Notes under the pieces: model-generated | What the model was told of the DNA's origin: nothing | The model's database searches: none | Seen by the model: only the letters and a program-made list of their open reading frames with translations | Position numbers and translations under genes: made by a program | Virus record (IMG/VR): IMGVR_UViG_3300024996_000126 | Coordinates: 1-45,017 of that record | Length of the DNA stretch: 45,017 nt | Origin: a virus | Taxonomy: Duplodnaviria; Caudoviricetes | Direction: 5' to 3' (one strand) | In this document: positions 8,959 to 15,285 of the stretch, piece by piece | How the letters are laid out: each line of letters begins with the position of its first letter | Position numbering within the stretch: position 1 is the first letter of the stretch

Positions 8959-9310
8959 CGTCGACCTCCACCACGCCGCCCTCGGCGTCCAGCGAGTACC
9001 AGACGTCCGGCTTGATGCCGTCCTGGCCGACGATCACGGCGCGGGCGTGGAGAATGCGGCCGTGATTGGCTTCGTCTCGCCAATCGTTGTGCCGGTAGAC
9101 CAGGAAGAGGGCGGAGCCCTCGGCGCCGCGGGCACGGCACTCGATGCCGGCAGCAGTCGCGGTGGAGAACTTCCCCAGCGCCTGGGCTGCGCCCTGGTCG
9201 CCGCTGGCCTGGGCCGCGCCCTGGTCGCCGCCCGTGCAGGTCAGGGCGTCGGTGAAGCCTTTGTAGGCGGTGATGGTCTCAGGCTTGGCAGCCTGGGGGC
9301 GCTTCGGCAT
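8951..9310 (-). CDS. Phage protein with GDQGAAQAS repeats, apparently internally deleted
   Basis: AYKGF..LTC start, two 9-aa repeats, C-terminal GQDGIKPDVWYSL; GGAG RBS; first gene after PL. Confidence 0.65.
   Translation of the reverse strand: MPKRPQAAKPETITAYKGFTDALTCTGGDQGAAQASGDQGAAQALGKFSTATAAGIECRARGAEGSALFLVYRHNDWRDEANHGRILHARAVIVGQDGIKPDVWYSLDAEGGVVEVDDE
9180..9231. repeat. 27-bp period tandem repeat (2 copies)
   Basis: gcctgggc(t/c)gcgccctggtcgccgc at 9180-9204 and 9207-9231. Confidence 0.85.
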
Positions 9311-9326
9311 GGTGGTCTCCCAAATA

Positions 9327-9396
9327 CAACCCAAATATGAGTTGTTGGGAGAATGCTAAACCCATAAATGGGCTATGTCAACCGCAATTTGGGTTG
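9327..9396. promoter_or_regulatory. Left operator: three 18-bp imperfect palindromes
   Basis: CAACCCAAATATGAGTTG 9327-9344, AAACCCATAAATGGGCTA 9358-9375, CAACCGCAATTTGGGTTG 9379-9396. The first is identical to 13140-13157. Confidence 0.85.
9353..9381 (-). promoter_or_regulatory. PL-type sigma70 promoter
   Basis: Minus strand TTGACA-17 nt-TAGCAT, interleaved with the operators and pointing into the left early operon. Confidence 0.85.
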
Positions 9397-9608
9397 CCTT
9401 GTGAGGCTTCAAGAATTTCGCCAAGCTGGTCCGTGTAGTCCCGAACGGCTTGCAGGGCATCGCCCTGCAGATCTCCGAGGCTCAGGAGAGCGCTTTGTCG
9501 GTCATAGGTGATGAGTCTGACAAGGGCAGCCAGCTTTCGCTGAGAGGCGATGAGCGCCTTAGTATCGCCCACAGGCAATCCACGCACGTCTCCAGTTTCC
9601 ACCACCAT
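9378..9608 (-). CDS. 76-aa protein behind a LexA box; candidate SOS-inducible antirepressor
   Basis: GGAGG RBS before ATG 9608; SOS box about 40 nt upstream. Function inferred from context only. Confidence 0.6.
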   Translation of the reverse strand: MVVETGDVRGLPVGDTKALIASQRKLAALVRLITYDRQSALLSLGDLQGDALQAVRDYTDQLGEILEASQGNPNCG

Positions 9609-9643
9609 AGCTGAGCCCTCCGCCAATTCATTAAGTCAATAAT

Positions 9644-9663
9644 AACTGTGTAAACATCCAGTA
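9644..9663. promoter_or_regulatory. LexA (SOS) box
   Basis: AACTGTGTAAACATCCAGTA matches CTG-N10-CAG (TACTG-(TA)5-CAGTA type); a TATTAT -10-like hexamer follows on the minus strand. Confidence 0.8.
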
Positions 9664-9837
9664 AAAAGCCTTGCGCAACGGGCGGACTCGTGGAATCCAG
9701 GACGGGCGCGGCCTTTGATGGCGAGATTGGGATTTTCCCTACCCGCTTGACGACAAGTCTACGGATCGCTGGGTGTCGATGTGTGAGTGACACAGCCCTT
9801 GGAGGGCCGTGACAGTCGGAAGTCCGCTTTAGCATGC

Positions 9838-9864
9838 TAAAAAGCCGCCCCGAGGGGCGGCTGG
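9838..9864 (-). terminator. Intrinsic terminator after the small hydrophobic peptide gene
   Basis: Minus strand AGCCGCCCC-TC-GGGGCGGCT followed by TTTT. Confidence 0.8.
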
Positions 9865-9870
9865 TTGGGG

Positions 9871-9939
9871 TTAGCAGACTGGGGCTGAATAGGCGGTCAA
9901 CACCACCATCATCAGCACCAGGACGATGGTTTTGATCAT
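9871..9939 (-). CDS. 22-aa hydrophobic peptide MIKTIVLVLMMVVLTAYSAPVC, Ibs-like type I toxin candidate
   Basis: AGGAG RBS 7 nt upstream, single hydrophobic helix, own terminator; below the ORF-track length cutoff. Confidence 0.6.
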   Translation of the reverse strand: MIKTIVLVLMMVVLTAYSAPVC

Positions 9940-10064
9940 GCTGCGCTCCTGTGCCCAGGTTGTTGTGGGCCTGCTGGCTGGGATGACATCAACCCAGTGC
10001 AGATGAGTCACGAACATTCGACGCTACAGGGCTTCAGTGCGTGCGCCTCCTATAATCGGCGACC

Positions 10065-10985
10065 ATGGCAGCAAAGAAACATCAGGGTCGCCGCACCGCG
10101 AAGCGCAGGGCGGCCCCACGCAAGAAGCAGCCGAGCGGCGGCCTCGCAAAATTCCTCAAGACGGTATGTCTATCGGCGGCGGTGTCGTTTGCCGCCATGA
10201 CCTGGGCGCTGCACCCGCAACTGCGGGGTCAGATTGACGTCGACCAGATCCTGGCGCGCCTGAACTTGGATCAGCCAGGGGAGGGCGCAGCCAGCCCACG
10301 GCCGCCCGCGCCCGCGGCACCAGGCGGCTACGTCCAGACGTCCTTCGCGCAGTGCCGCGAGTTCTTCCCGCGCCAGGCGCCGCCCGTCGTGCCGGCTCGG
10401 CCGGCCCAACGCGAACTGTGTTTCTCCTCCTTTGCCATCCTGTACAGTGGCCAGCGGAAAACCCCGGTGCTGGTCGCCGAGCGCCTGAACCGCCAGGCGC
10501 TGATCGCCGCCCAGGGCGTCGCGCGCACCGATAACTTCTACAAGGAGGCGCGGCTGCCGGCGGCCGAGCGGGCCGGGCTGGATGACTACAGGGGATCAGG
10601 CTTTGACCGCGGCCACATGGCGCCAGCCGGCGACATGTCGAATGCCGACGCCATGGCGCAGAGCTTCAGCCTGGTCAACATGGTGCCGCAGGCCCCGCAG
10701 GCGAACCGCGGCGCCTGGAACAAGATCGAGCAGGACACCCGCAAGTACGTGATGCGCGCCAAGGGCGACGTGTATGTGATCTCGGGGCCGGTCTATGGCG
10801 ACCATCCCCAGACAATCGGTGCCGCCAGGGTAGCCGTGCCCGACTACACATTCAAGGCCGTCTATGACGCCACGACGGGCCGTTCCTGGGTACATTGGCT
10901 GGCCAACAGCCCCGACGCCCGGCCCGGCGCGCCGATCAGCTACGAGGAGTTCGTGCGGCGCACGGGGCTGCGAGTGCTGGGGTAG
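10065..10985 (+). CDS. DNA/RNA non-specific endonuclease (beta-beta-alpha-metal, NucA-like) with N-terminal export/anchor segment
   Basis: FDRGHMAPAGD, NMVPQ...NRGAWNKIE; basic N-terminus followed by a hydrophobic stretch; TATAAT at 10051-10056. Confidence 0.92.
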   Translation: MAAKKHQGRRTAKRRAAPRKKQPSGGLAKFLKTVCLSAAVSFAAMTWALHPQLRGQIDVDQILARLNLDQPGEGAASPRPPAPAAPGGYVQTSFAQCREFFPRQAPPVVPARPAQRELCFSSFAILYSGQRKTPVLVAERLNRQALIAAQGVARTDNFYKEARLPAAERAGLDDYRGSGFDRGHMAPAGDMSNADAMAQSFSLVNMVPQAPQANRGAWNKIEQDTRKYVMRAKGDVYVISGPVYGDHPQTIGAARVAVPDYTFKAVYDATTGRSWVHWLANSPDARPGAPISYEEFVRRTGLRVLG

Positions 10986-11034
10986 GGCCTCCAGGCATGA
11001 AGAAGCTCTCCGGGGAGGGCGGTGCTAGCGGTGC

Positions 11035-11526
11035 TTAGTTCGCGCCCGCATTCGGTTCCCAGGTTGGGGCGCGTTCGCCGAAACCGAATTGAGCTGCGAT
11101 GCGTCGCCTGTAAGTGAGCCTGTCCATCTCAACTTCGCAGCCGATGGATGCCTCCACTTCGTCGGTACACACCTGAACCAATCCACGCAAGGCTGTCGGC
11201 TCTCGTGCGCCGATTTCCCGGCGCCGACGCTCCGCTTGTTCCGGGGTTATGGTGCCGTCGGTCATGTCAGCCAAAAGCGCGAGGAAATCCGTAGCCAGCG
11301 ACTCATGCTTCGCGGCCATGCCGGGAAAGTCCAGCACGATGGATAGAATAGTTGCCGCGCCACTAATTAGAGCTACGGAAATACCTGCCCAGCCGGGGAT
11401 GGTCGCCAGAGCGGTGAGAGCCACGATAGACAGAAATTTCGCACCGGCGTCATTCAGGCGGAAAAAATGCTCGCGCTTCTTGTGATAGTTATGTGACACC
11501 CGGACGAGAATTTCTGACTGTGTCAT
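11035..11526 (-). CDS. Two-TM membrane protein, SLATT-like
   Basis: YHKKREHFF..., two hydrophobic helices, then AAKHESLATDFLAL helix; resembles the SLATT architecture. Confidence 0.6.
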   Translation of the reverse strand: MTQSEILVRVSHNYHKKREHFFRLNDAGAKFLSIVALTALATIPGWAGISVALISGAATILSIVLDFPGMAAKHESLATDFLALLADMTDGTITPEQAERRRREIGAREPTALRGLVQVCTDEVEASIGCEVEMDRLTYRRRIAAQFGFGERAPTWEPNAGAN

Positions 11527-11693
11527 CCTTTATCACCTTTCGTTGGCTGTGGTCGCGGTGGCTGGGCGGACTCAATATTCTGAGGCCTTTGGTCCCGAGT
11601 GTAACCGCGCCCGCCGTTTGAAGGCTGCTGCTTTTGGTTCGGCTGTGGCTGCGGTTGTTGCCGGCCCGTGTTCGACGGTTTCCCTGTTGCCAT
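11523..11693 (-). CDS. 56-aa Gln/Pro-rich low-complexity peptide
   Basis: GAGGAGAAGGG RBS; MATGKPSNTGRQQPQPQPNQKQQP...; ATGA-coupled to the SLATT-like gene. Confidence 0.6.
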   Translation of the reverse strand: MATGKPSNTGRQQPQPQPNQKQQPSNGGRGYTRDQRPQNIESAQPPRPQPTKGDKG

Positions 11694-11805
11694 TGTCCCT
11701 TCTCCTCTGTTGAAAATCAATTTTTCACGCCTCCCACGCCAGAAGACGCGGCCCACAGGCTCGGATAAATGCCGTGCATCGTCTTGATGCTGGCCTTGAA
11801 TGCTG

Positions 11806-12078
11806 TCAGTCTTCCATTTCCAGCGTCCGGTATTCTCCGGTGTCGTAGTCGTATACCTCGAGTTCGACGGTGCTCCCCGAGCGCTGGATAGACTCCACTG
11901 ACATGTCGTGGTATTCGCCGGAATCGTAGTCATAGACTTGAATATCGCTGCCAGTACGAACCAGATTGCCGGTTTCGATCTCGACGGCCGCGCCGCTGTC
12001 AGTATCTGCCCCATCCCACGCAAATGCCGGGGTTGCTACAACGCAGCATGTCAGGGCCAGTGCCCGTATAAATGACAT
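11806..12078 (-). CDS. Small secreted acidic protein (DUF5334-like)
   Basis: Signal peptide ending AFA; WDG...EIETGNLVR; two YDYD(S/T)GEY repeats; AAGGAG RBS. Confidence 0.75.
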   Translation of the reverse strand: MSFIRALALTCCVVATPAFAWDGADTDSGAAVEIETGNLVRTGSDIQVYDYDSGEYHDMSVESIQRSGSTVELEVYDYDTGEYRTLEMED

Positions 12079-12128
12079 TCATGGCTCCTTGCTCTATTTG
12101 CAATTCAGGTCGGCGCCAAACGAAATCA

Positions 12129-12266
12129 TCAATGGCAGTGCCTGGTCCCGGTCTTGTGGTTCATGTGGCAGCCGTTTTTGTCGGTGCCGCCACTGTGCGC
12201 CCAGGCCGGTGCTGTTGCGATGACGCCGAAAACGGCCAGGACGGCGGCTGCGATAATCTTTTTCAT
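12129..12266 (-). CDS. 45-aa secreted His/Cys peptide (YHYH-type HSGGTD..GCH...HCH)
   Basis: MKKIIAAAVLAVFGVIATAPAWA|HSGGTDKNGCHMNHKTGTRHCH; GAGGAG RBS; not in the ORF track. Confidence 0.8.
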   Translation of the reverse strand: MKKIIAAAVLAVFGVIATAPAWAHSGGTDKNGCHMNHKTGTRHCH

Positions 12267-12385
12267 GGTTCTCCTCACATATCCACATTAATAATAAGGT
12301 TTTGTTACCTTTGGGTTTAAAGTAACCCCACGTCAGCCGGCACTCAATCGGGGTTTCTCAGAGGTCGAAGCCGCGCTAGAAGGCG

Positions 12386-12574
12386 CTACCTACGAAGCGC
12401 TGGCCACTTTGCAAACGCAAACACCCAAAGGGCGACCAGGTTCACCACCGGAATGAATGCCACGATGACCCAGGCTTTGCTGTACCCGGCTTTTTCCAAA
12501 ATGACTGCTGCCGGGATCCCGATCAGCACGAGATAGCCTACAAGCGAAAACAACATTCCTGAGCCATTCATCAT
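12386..12574 (-). CDS. Small membrane protein
   Basis: ILEKAGYSKAW...FIPVVNLVALWVFAFAKWP; directly downstream of cI. Confidence 0.75.
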   Translation of the reverse strand: MMNGSGMLFSLVGYLVLIGIPAAVILEKAGYSKAWVIVAFIPVVNLVALWVFAFAKWPALRR

Positions 12575-12667
12575 TTGCGGTACCCCCTCAGTGCCCACCG
12601 GGCCTACAGGCCAACCCCACGCCAGCGGCGTGATCTTCATCACTTCGTGTCCACGATCTCACAACAA

Positions 12668-13093
12668 TCACTTCGAGTCTTTTTTCGCGGCGGTTTCAGC
12701 CTCAAACCCCCTAAGCATCACGTCCAGCGCGTCATCCACCTGGCGCAGCTGCGCCGGCGTCAGCGCGCGGATCCGCTCTGCGGTGGATTTTTTTAGGGGC
12801 CAGGGGAGGGGGGTGTCAGTCGATGCCCTAGCCGAGGCTGCCGGCGTGTTTGGCTCAATGCCTGGAACGAAGAGTTGCCATACCTCAAGCCCGAACGCCT
12901 TGGCGATTCCATCCAGTTTGTCGATTGCGATCGCCGAGGCCCCGGCCTTGTCGCCGTTGCGCACACGGTCGTATGTTGACCGCGTGATGCCGTCGGAAGC
13001 GGCGCTGGCGGCTGCGTTGGACGAATAGTGGCCGCCCGGCCCAATCAGCCGGTTCATGTTCTCAGCGAGGATTTTCATAGCGCGGTCGCTCAT
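12668..13093 (-). CDS. CI-like HTH repressor, 141 aa, no S24 peptidase domain
   Basis: ILAENMNRLI...ITRSTYDRV...IDKLDGIAKAFGLEVWQL (XRE-type HTH); divergent from cro across the operators. Confidence 0.8.
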   Translation of the reverse strand: MSDRAMKILAENMNRLIGPGGHYSSNAAASAASDGITRSTYDRVRNGDKAGASAIAIDKLDGIAKAFGLEVWQLFVPGIEPNTPAASARASTDTPLPWPLKKSTAERIRALTPAQLRQVDDALDVMLRGFEAETAAKKDSK

Positions 13094-13116
13094 ATTTGAG
13101 ATGTTCGCAGAATAAA

Positions 13117-13161
13117 TAACCCAAGTGCGGGTTGACTTCCAACCCAAATATGAGTTGAAAT
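13117..13161. promoter_or_regulatory. Right operator (two 18-bp sites) and PR
   Basis: TAACCCAAGTGCGGGTTG 13117-13134, CAACCCAAATATGAGTTG 13140-13157; TTGACT 13132-13137 as -35. Confidence 0.8.
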
Positions 13162-13166
13162 AGGGC

Positions 13167-13388
13167 ATGGACCAAAACCTTGACCTATTCCACGTCGTCC
13201 ATGCCCGCTTGCGGGAGACGAAATACTCCACCTTGCCGGATGTGGCCAGGCATTCCGGGGTGCCTGAAAGCACCCTGAAGAAGATCCGATCCGGCGAGGT
13301 TCGGAACCCCAGAATCAACACTGTCTGGGCACTGTACGAGTACTTCCGCCTGCACCCCCAGCCAGCGGCAGGAGGCGAGCATGTCTAG
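13167..13388 (+). CDS. Cro-like XRE HTH regulator
   Basis: LPDVARHSGVPESTLKKIRSGEVRNPRINTV. Confidence 0.88.
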   Translation: MDQNLDLFHVVHARLRETKYSTLPDVARHSGVPESTLKKIRSGEVRNPRINTVWALYEYFRLHPQPAAGGEHV

Positions 13389-14067
13389 CCGCATCCAACT
13401 CGTCGTGGACATTTCCATGGTTGCCTTCACGCCATTCGGCATCACGCTGATTGTCGAGGGACAGACGCCGGCCACTTTGACCTTCCCGCTGTGCGACGGC
13501 TGGGTGGGGAGTTCGAGTGCATTGCGCCTACTTCGCCAGTGTTTGCATTGCGGCAAGTACGACGGGCCACTGAGCAAGACCGGCGTCGATCAGTTTGTGG
13601 ACAAGATGCTTTGTGGCATCGGCCGGAATTCCGCGAAGCTGATCGAGCCATTTCCGCTTTTCTTCTTCTGGCGCGTCCGACTCCTGGATCCTCGATGCCA
13701 GCATCAGCCGGACCTGATCGTCATGAAGCTTGATCGTCACCACCCCCAGGATGGCCGACAGGCCGCCGTCGTCGGCCAAGAAATCGAGGCCGTGCGCGGT
13801 GATGACTGCCATCCCGCGCCGGTCTTCGAGATATCGCGGAGGCATCAGAGTGATGAGTTGGTGCTCAGCGAGGTATTGCAGATTGGCCTGGAGCCTTTCT
13901 TTTCCGCCTGGAAGATTGCTTTCCGGGTACCTGCTTTCGACAGCCGTCAGGCCCATCGGCTCTGGATAGAGTTCGGCAAGCGCCTGAAGTACGACGCGCT
14001 GAAGGTTTCGGTCCAGCTTCATGTTGTTCGTTCCTTATTCAAAAAAACCGGAGGCGCTCATGTCTGA
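13381..14067 (+). CDS. Putative bridge ORF spanning antisense gene 13528-14022
   Basis: GGAGG RBS and 8-nt overlaps at both ends. It is the codon-aligned shadow of the antisense gene, so the protein may have no function. Confidence 0.35.
   Translation: MSSRIQLVVDISMVAFTPFGITLIVEGQTPATLTFPLCDGWVGSSSALRLLRQCLHCGKYDGPLSKTGVDQFVDKMLCGIGRNSAKLIEPFPLFFFWRVRLLDPRCQHQPDLIVMKLDRHHPQDGRQAAVVGQEIEAVRGDDCHPAPVFEISRRHQSDELVLSEVLQIGLEPFFSAWKIAFRVPAFDSRQAHRLWIEFGKRLKYDALKVSVQLHVVRSLFKKTGGAHV
13528..14022 (-). CDS. Winged-helix-like phage protein, antisense moron
   Basis: MKLDRNLQ..L...ANLQYLAEHQLI...ITAHGLDFLADDGGLSAILGVVTIKLH; TAAGGA RBS. Confidence 0.8.
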   Translation of the reverse strand: MKLDRNLQRVVLQALAELYPEPMGLTAVESRYPESNLPGGKERLQANLQYLAEHQLITLMPPRYLEDRRGMAVITAHGLDFLADDGGLSAILGVVTIKLHDDQVRLMLASRIQESDAPEEEKRKWLDQLRGIPADATKHLVHKLIDAGLAQWPVVLAAMQTLAK

Positions 14068-14173
14068 GCTGACCATCATGCTGATCGCGGCTGTCGCGTT
14101 TGGCGCCGGCTACGTCGTTGGTCACATCCATGCGCTGGTGAGCTACCACAAGCGTAGGGGGCCGCATGCTTGA
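14060..14173 (+). CDS. 37-aa membrane peptide (MSELTIMLIAAVAFGAGYVVG...)
   Basis: GGAGG RBS, hydrophobic core, coupled to the next ORF. Confidence 0.55.
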   Translation: MSELTIMLIAAVAFGAGYVVGHIHALVSYHKRRGPHA

Positions 14174-14354
14174 GTCCAACCTCACCACGCAACCGATCGA
14201 CTCGCAGGAGATTGTGCGACGCCTTGATCGGCTTGAGCAGATCGCTTCCGAGACGATGCGGGCGCTCACGGCGCTCACGACGGTTGTTCAGAATCTTGAT
14301 GCACCAAGGAAGGCTGTGGAGGACTGGAAAGATCCTTGGGCGGGGCGATTCTGA
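14166..14354 (+). CDS. 62-aa coiled-coil hypothetical protein
   Basis: Coupled start; plausible composition. Confidence 0.5.
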   Translation: MLESNLTTQPIDSQEIVRRLDRLEQIASETMRALTALTTVVQNLDAPRKAVEDWKDPWAGRF

Positions 14355-14877
14355 TGGTAGGGAGCACAAGAATATGCGGCTGATAACTAGCCCTTCTGAG
14401 AATGCGGATCGGCGAAGCCGTAAGCAGCTCAGGCAGACACCCCTCACGCAAATTATTGGTGGCCGCTGCATGCCAGTACGCCGTCGCCACGGCGTGTGTG
14501 CTGGATATGAAGTGGTTCTCGTCAATCGTCTTGAGCGTATCGAAGTCACCCATGCATTGAGGGGCCTCGGGATCGGTGATCTCAACGTTATAAATGCATG
14601 GAGAAAGGACTTCTGTAGCCAATTCCTGGCCTCCATGCAGCGCGGCTGCGGTGCTGGTGAAAAGGAAATTGCAGTGCAGTCGGCTGGGGAGGTGAGGCGC
14701 AGTAAAGAAACGCACCTGATCGAAAATCAGTTCTCGGACCACGGGCCATCCATTTCTGCCCTGCGTTGGGTTTTGGCCAAGGATGTTCTTGCCGAAATTC
14801 CCGGGCTCAATGATGGAGCCCGGGGCGAGCAGCATGGGCGAGACGTAAAGCAGTTCTTGCGGCGCGCTGGCGGTCAT
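14275..14877 (-). CDS. DUF2441-like (ART-like fold) protein, antisense moron
   Basis: RELIFDQVR....PHLPSRLHCNFLF...IYNVEI, YW, ELL; GGAGAG RBS; TAGAAT -10 upstream. Confidence 0.65.
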   Translation of the reverse strand: MTASAPQELLYVSPMLLAPGSIIEPGNFGKNILGQNPTQGRNGWPVVRELIFDQVRFFTAPHLPSRLHCNFLFTSTAAALHGGQELATEVLSPCIYNVEITDPEAPQCMGDFDTLKTIDENHFISSTHAVATAYWHAAATNNLREGCLPELLTASPIRILRRASYQPHILVLPTIRIAPPKDLSSPPQPSLVHQDSEQPS

Positions 14878-15285
14878 GATGTTTTTCTCTCCATAGAGTT
14901 CTTGGGTACATCAGATTCTACGGACCTGGAGCCGGCCACCCAACCCCAACACCCCTGGAAGCCGGACCCTGCTGACGACCGCGTGCCTATTGGCCCCGGC
15001 GACGTCATCACGTCAGTGCACCGTCACGGCACCGTCGGCCGGCAGCCCGTGCTGCCAGCACCAGGCCAGCCGTTCGAAAACCGCCTCGATGTGGCTGGCG
15101 TCGGCGTAGTCACCAAAGGCCTGCAGCGCCAGGCGCTCGGCTTCATCCATCAATTCGTGTCGTGTGTCGGCATCCATGGCGGCAGTGTCGCCGCGGCCGC
15201 AATGCGCGTCCATTCGTACTTCCCGTCCCTGTCATTTCTGTCACGGCGCCATTGTGCTGGTGCCTGGAGCCACTGTCATGCGTAG
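14374..15285 (+). CDS. Putative bridge ORF spanning two antisense genes
   Basis: GGGAG RBS before ATG 14374; stays open across the spacer between the two genes; stop overlaps the CII-like ATG. Codon-aligned shadow, so protein function is doubtful. Confidence 0.25.
   Translation: MRLITSPSENADRRSRKQLRQTPLTQIIGGRCMPVRRRHGVCAGYEVVLVNRLERIEVTHALRGLGIGDLNVINAWRKDFCSQFLASMQRGCGAGEKEIAVQSAGEVRRSKETHLIENQFSDHGPSISALRWVLAKDVLAEIPGLNDGARGEQHGRDVKQFLRRAGGHDVFLSIEFLGTSDSTDLEPATQPQHPWKPDPADDRVPIGPGDVITSVHRHGTVGRQPVLPAPGQPFENRLDVAGVGVVTKGLQRQALGFIHQFVSCVGIHGGSVAAAAMRVHSYFPSLSFLSRRHCAGAWSHCHA
15013..15177 (-). CDS. 54-aa hypothetical protein (MDADTRHELMDEAERLA...)
   Basis: Plausible helical small phage protein just upstream of and antisense to the CII-like gene. 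Confidence 0.55.
   Translation of the reverse strand: MDADTRHELMDEAERLALQAFGDYADASHIEAVFERLAWCWQHGLPADGAVTVH

Noticed and set aside
9482-9835. 117-aa minus-strand ORF
   Set aside because: Starts right at a terminator with no RBS, crosses the SOS box and overlaps the better-supported 76-aa ORF.
11694-12023. N-terminal extension of the Q/P-rich ORF to 166 aa
   Set aside because: Overlaps the secreted-protein gene out of frame; a strong RBS supports the start at 11693.
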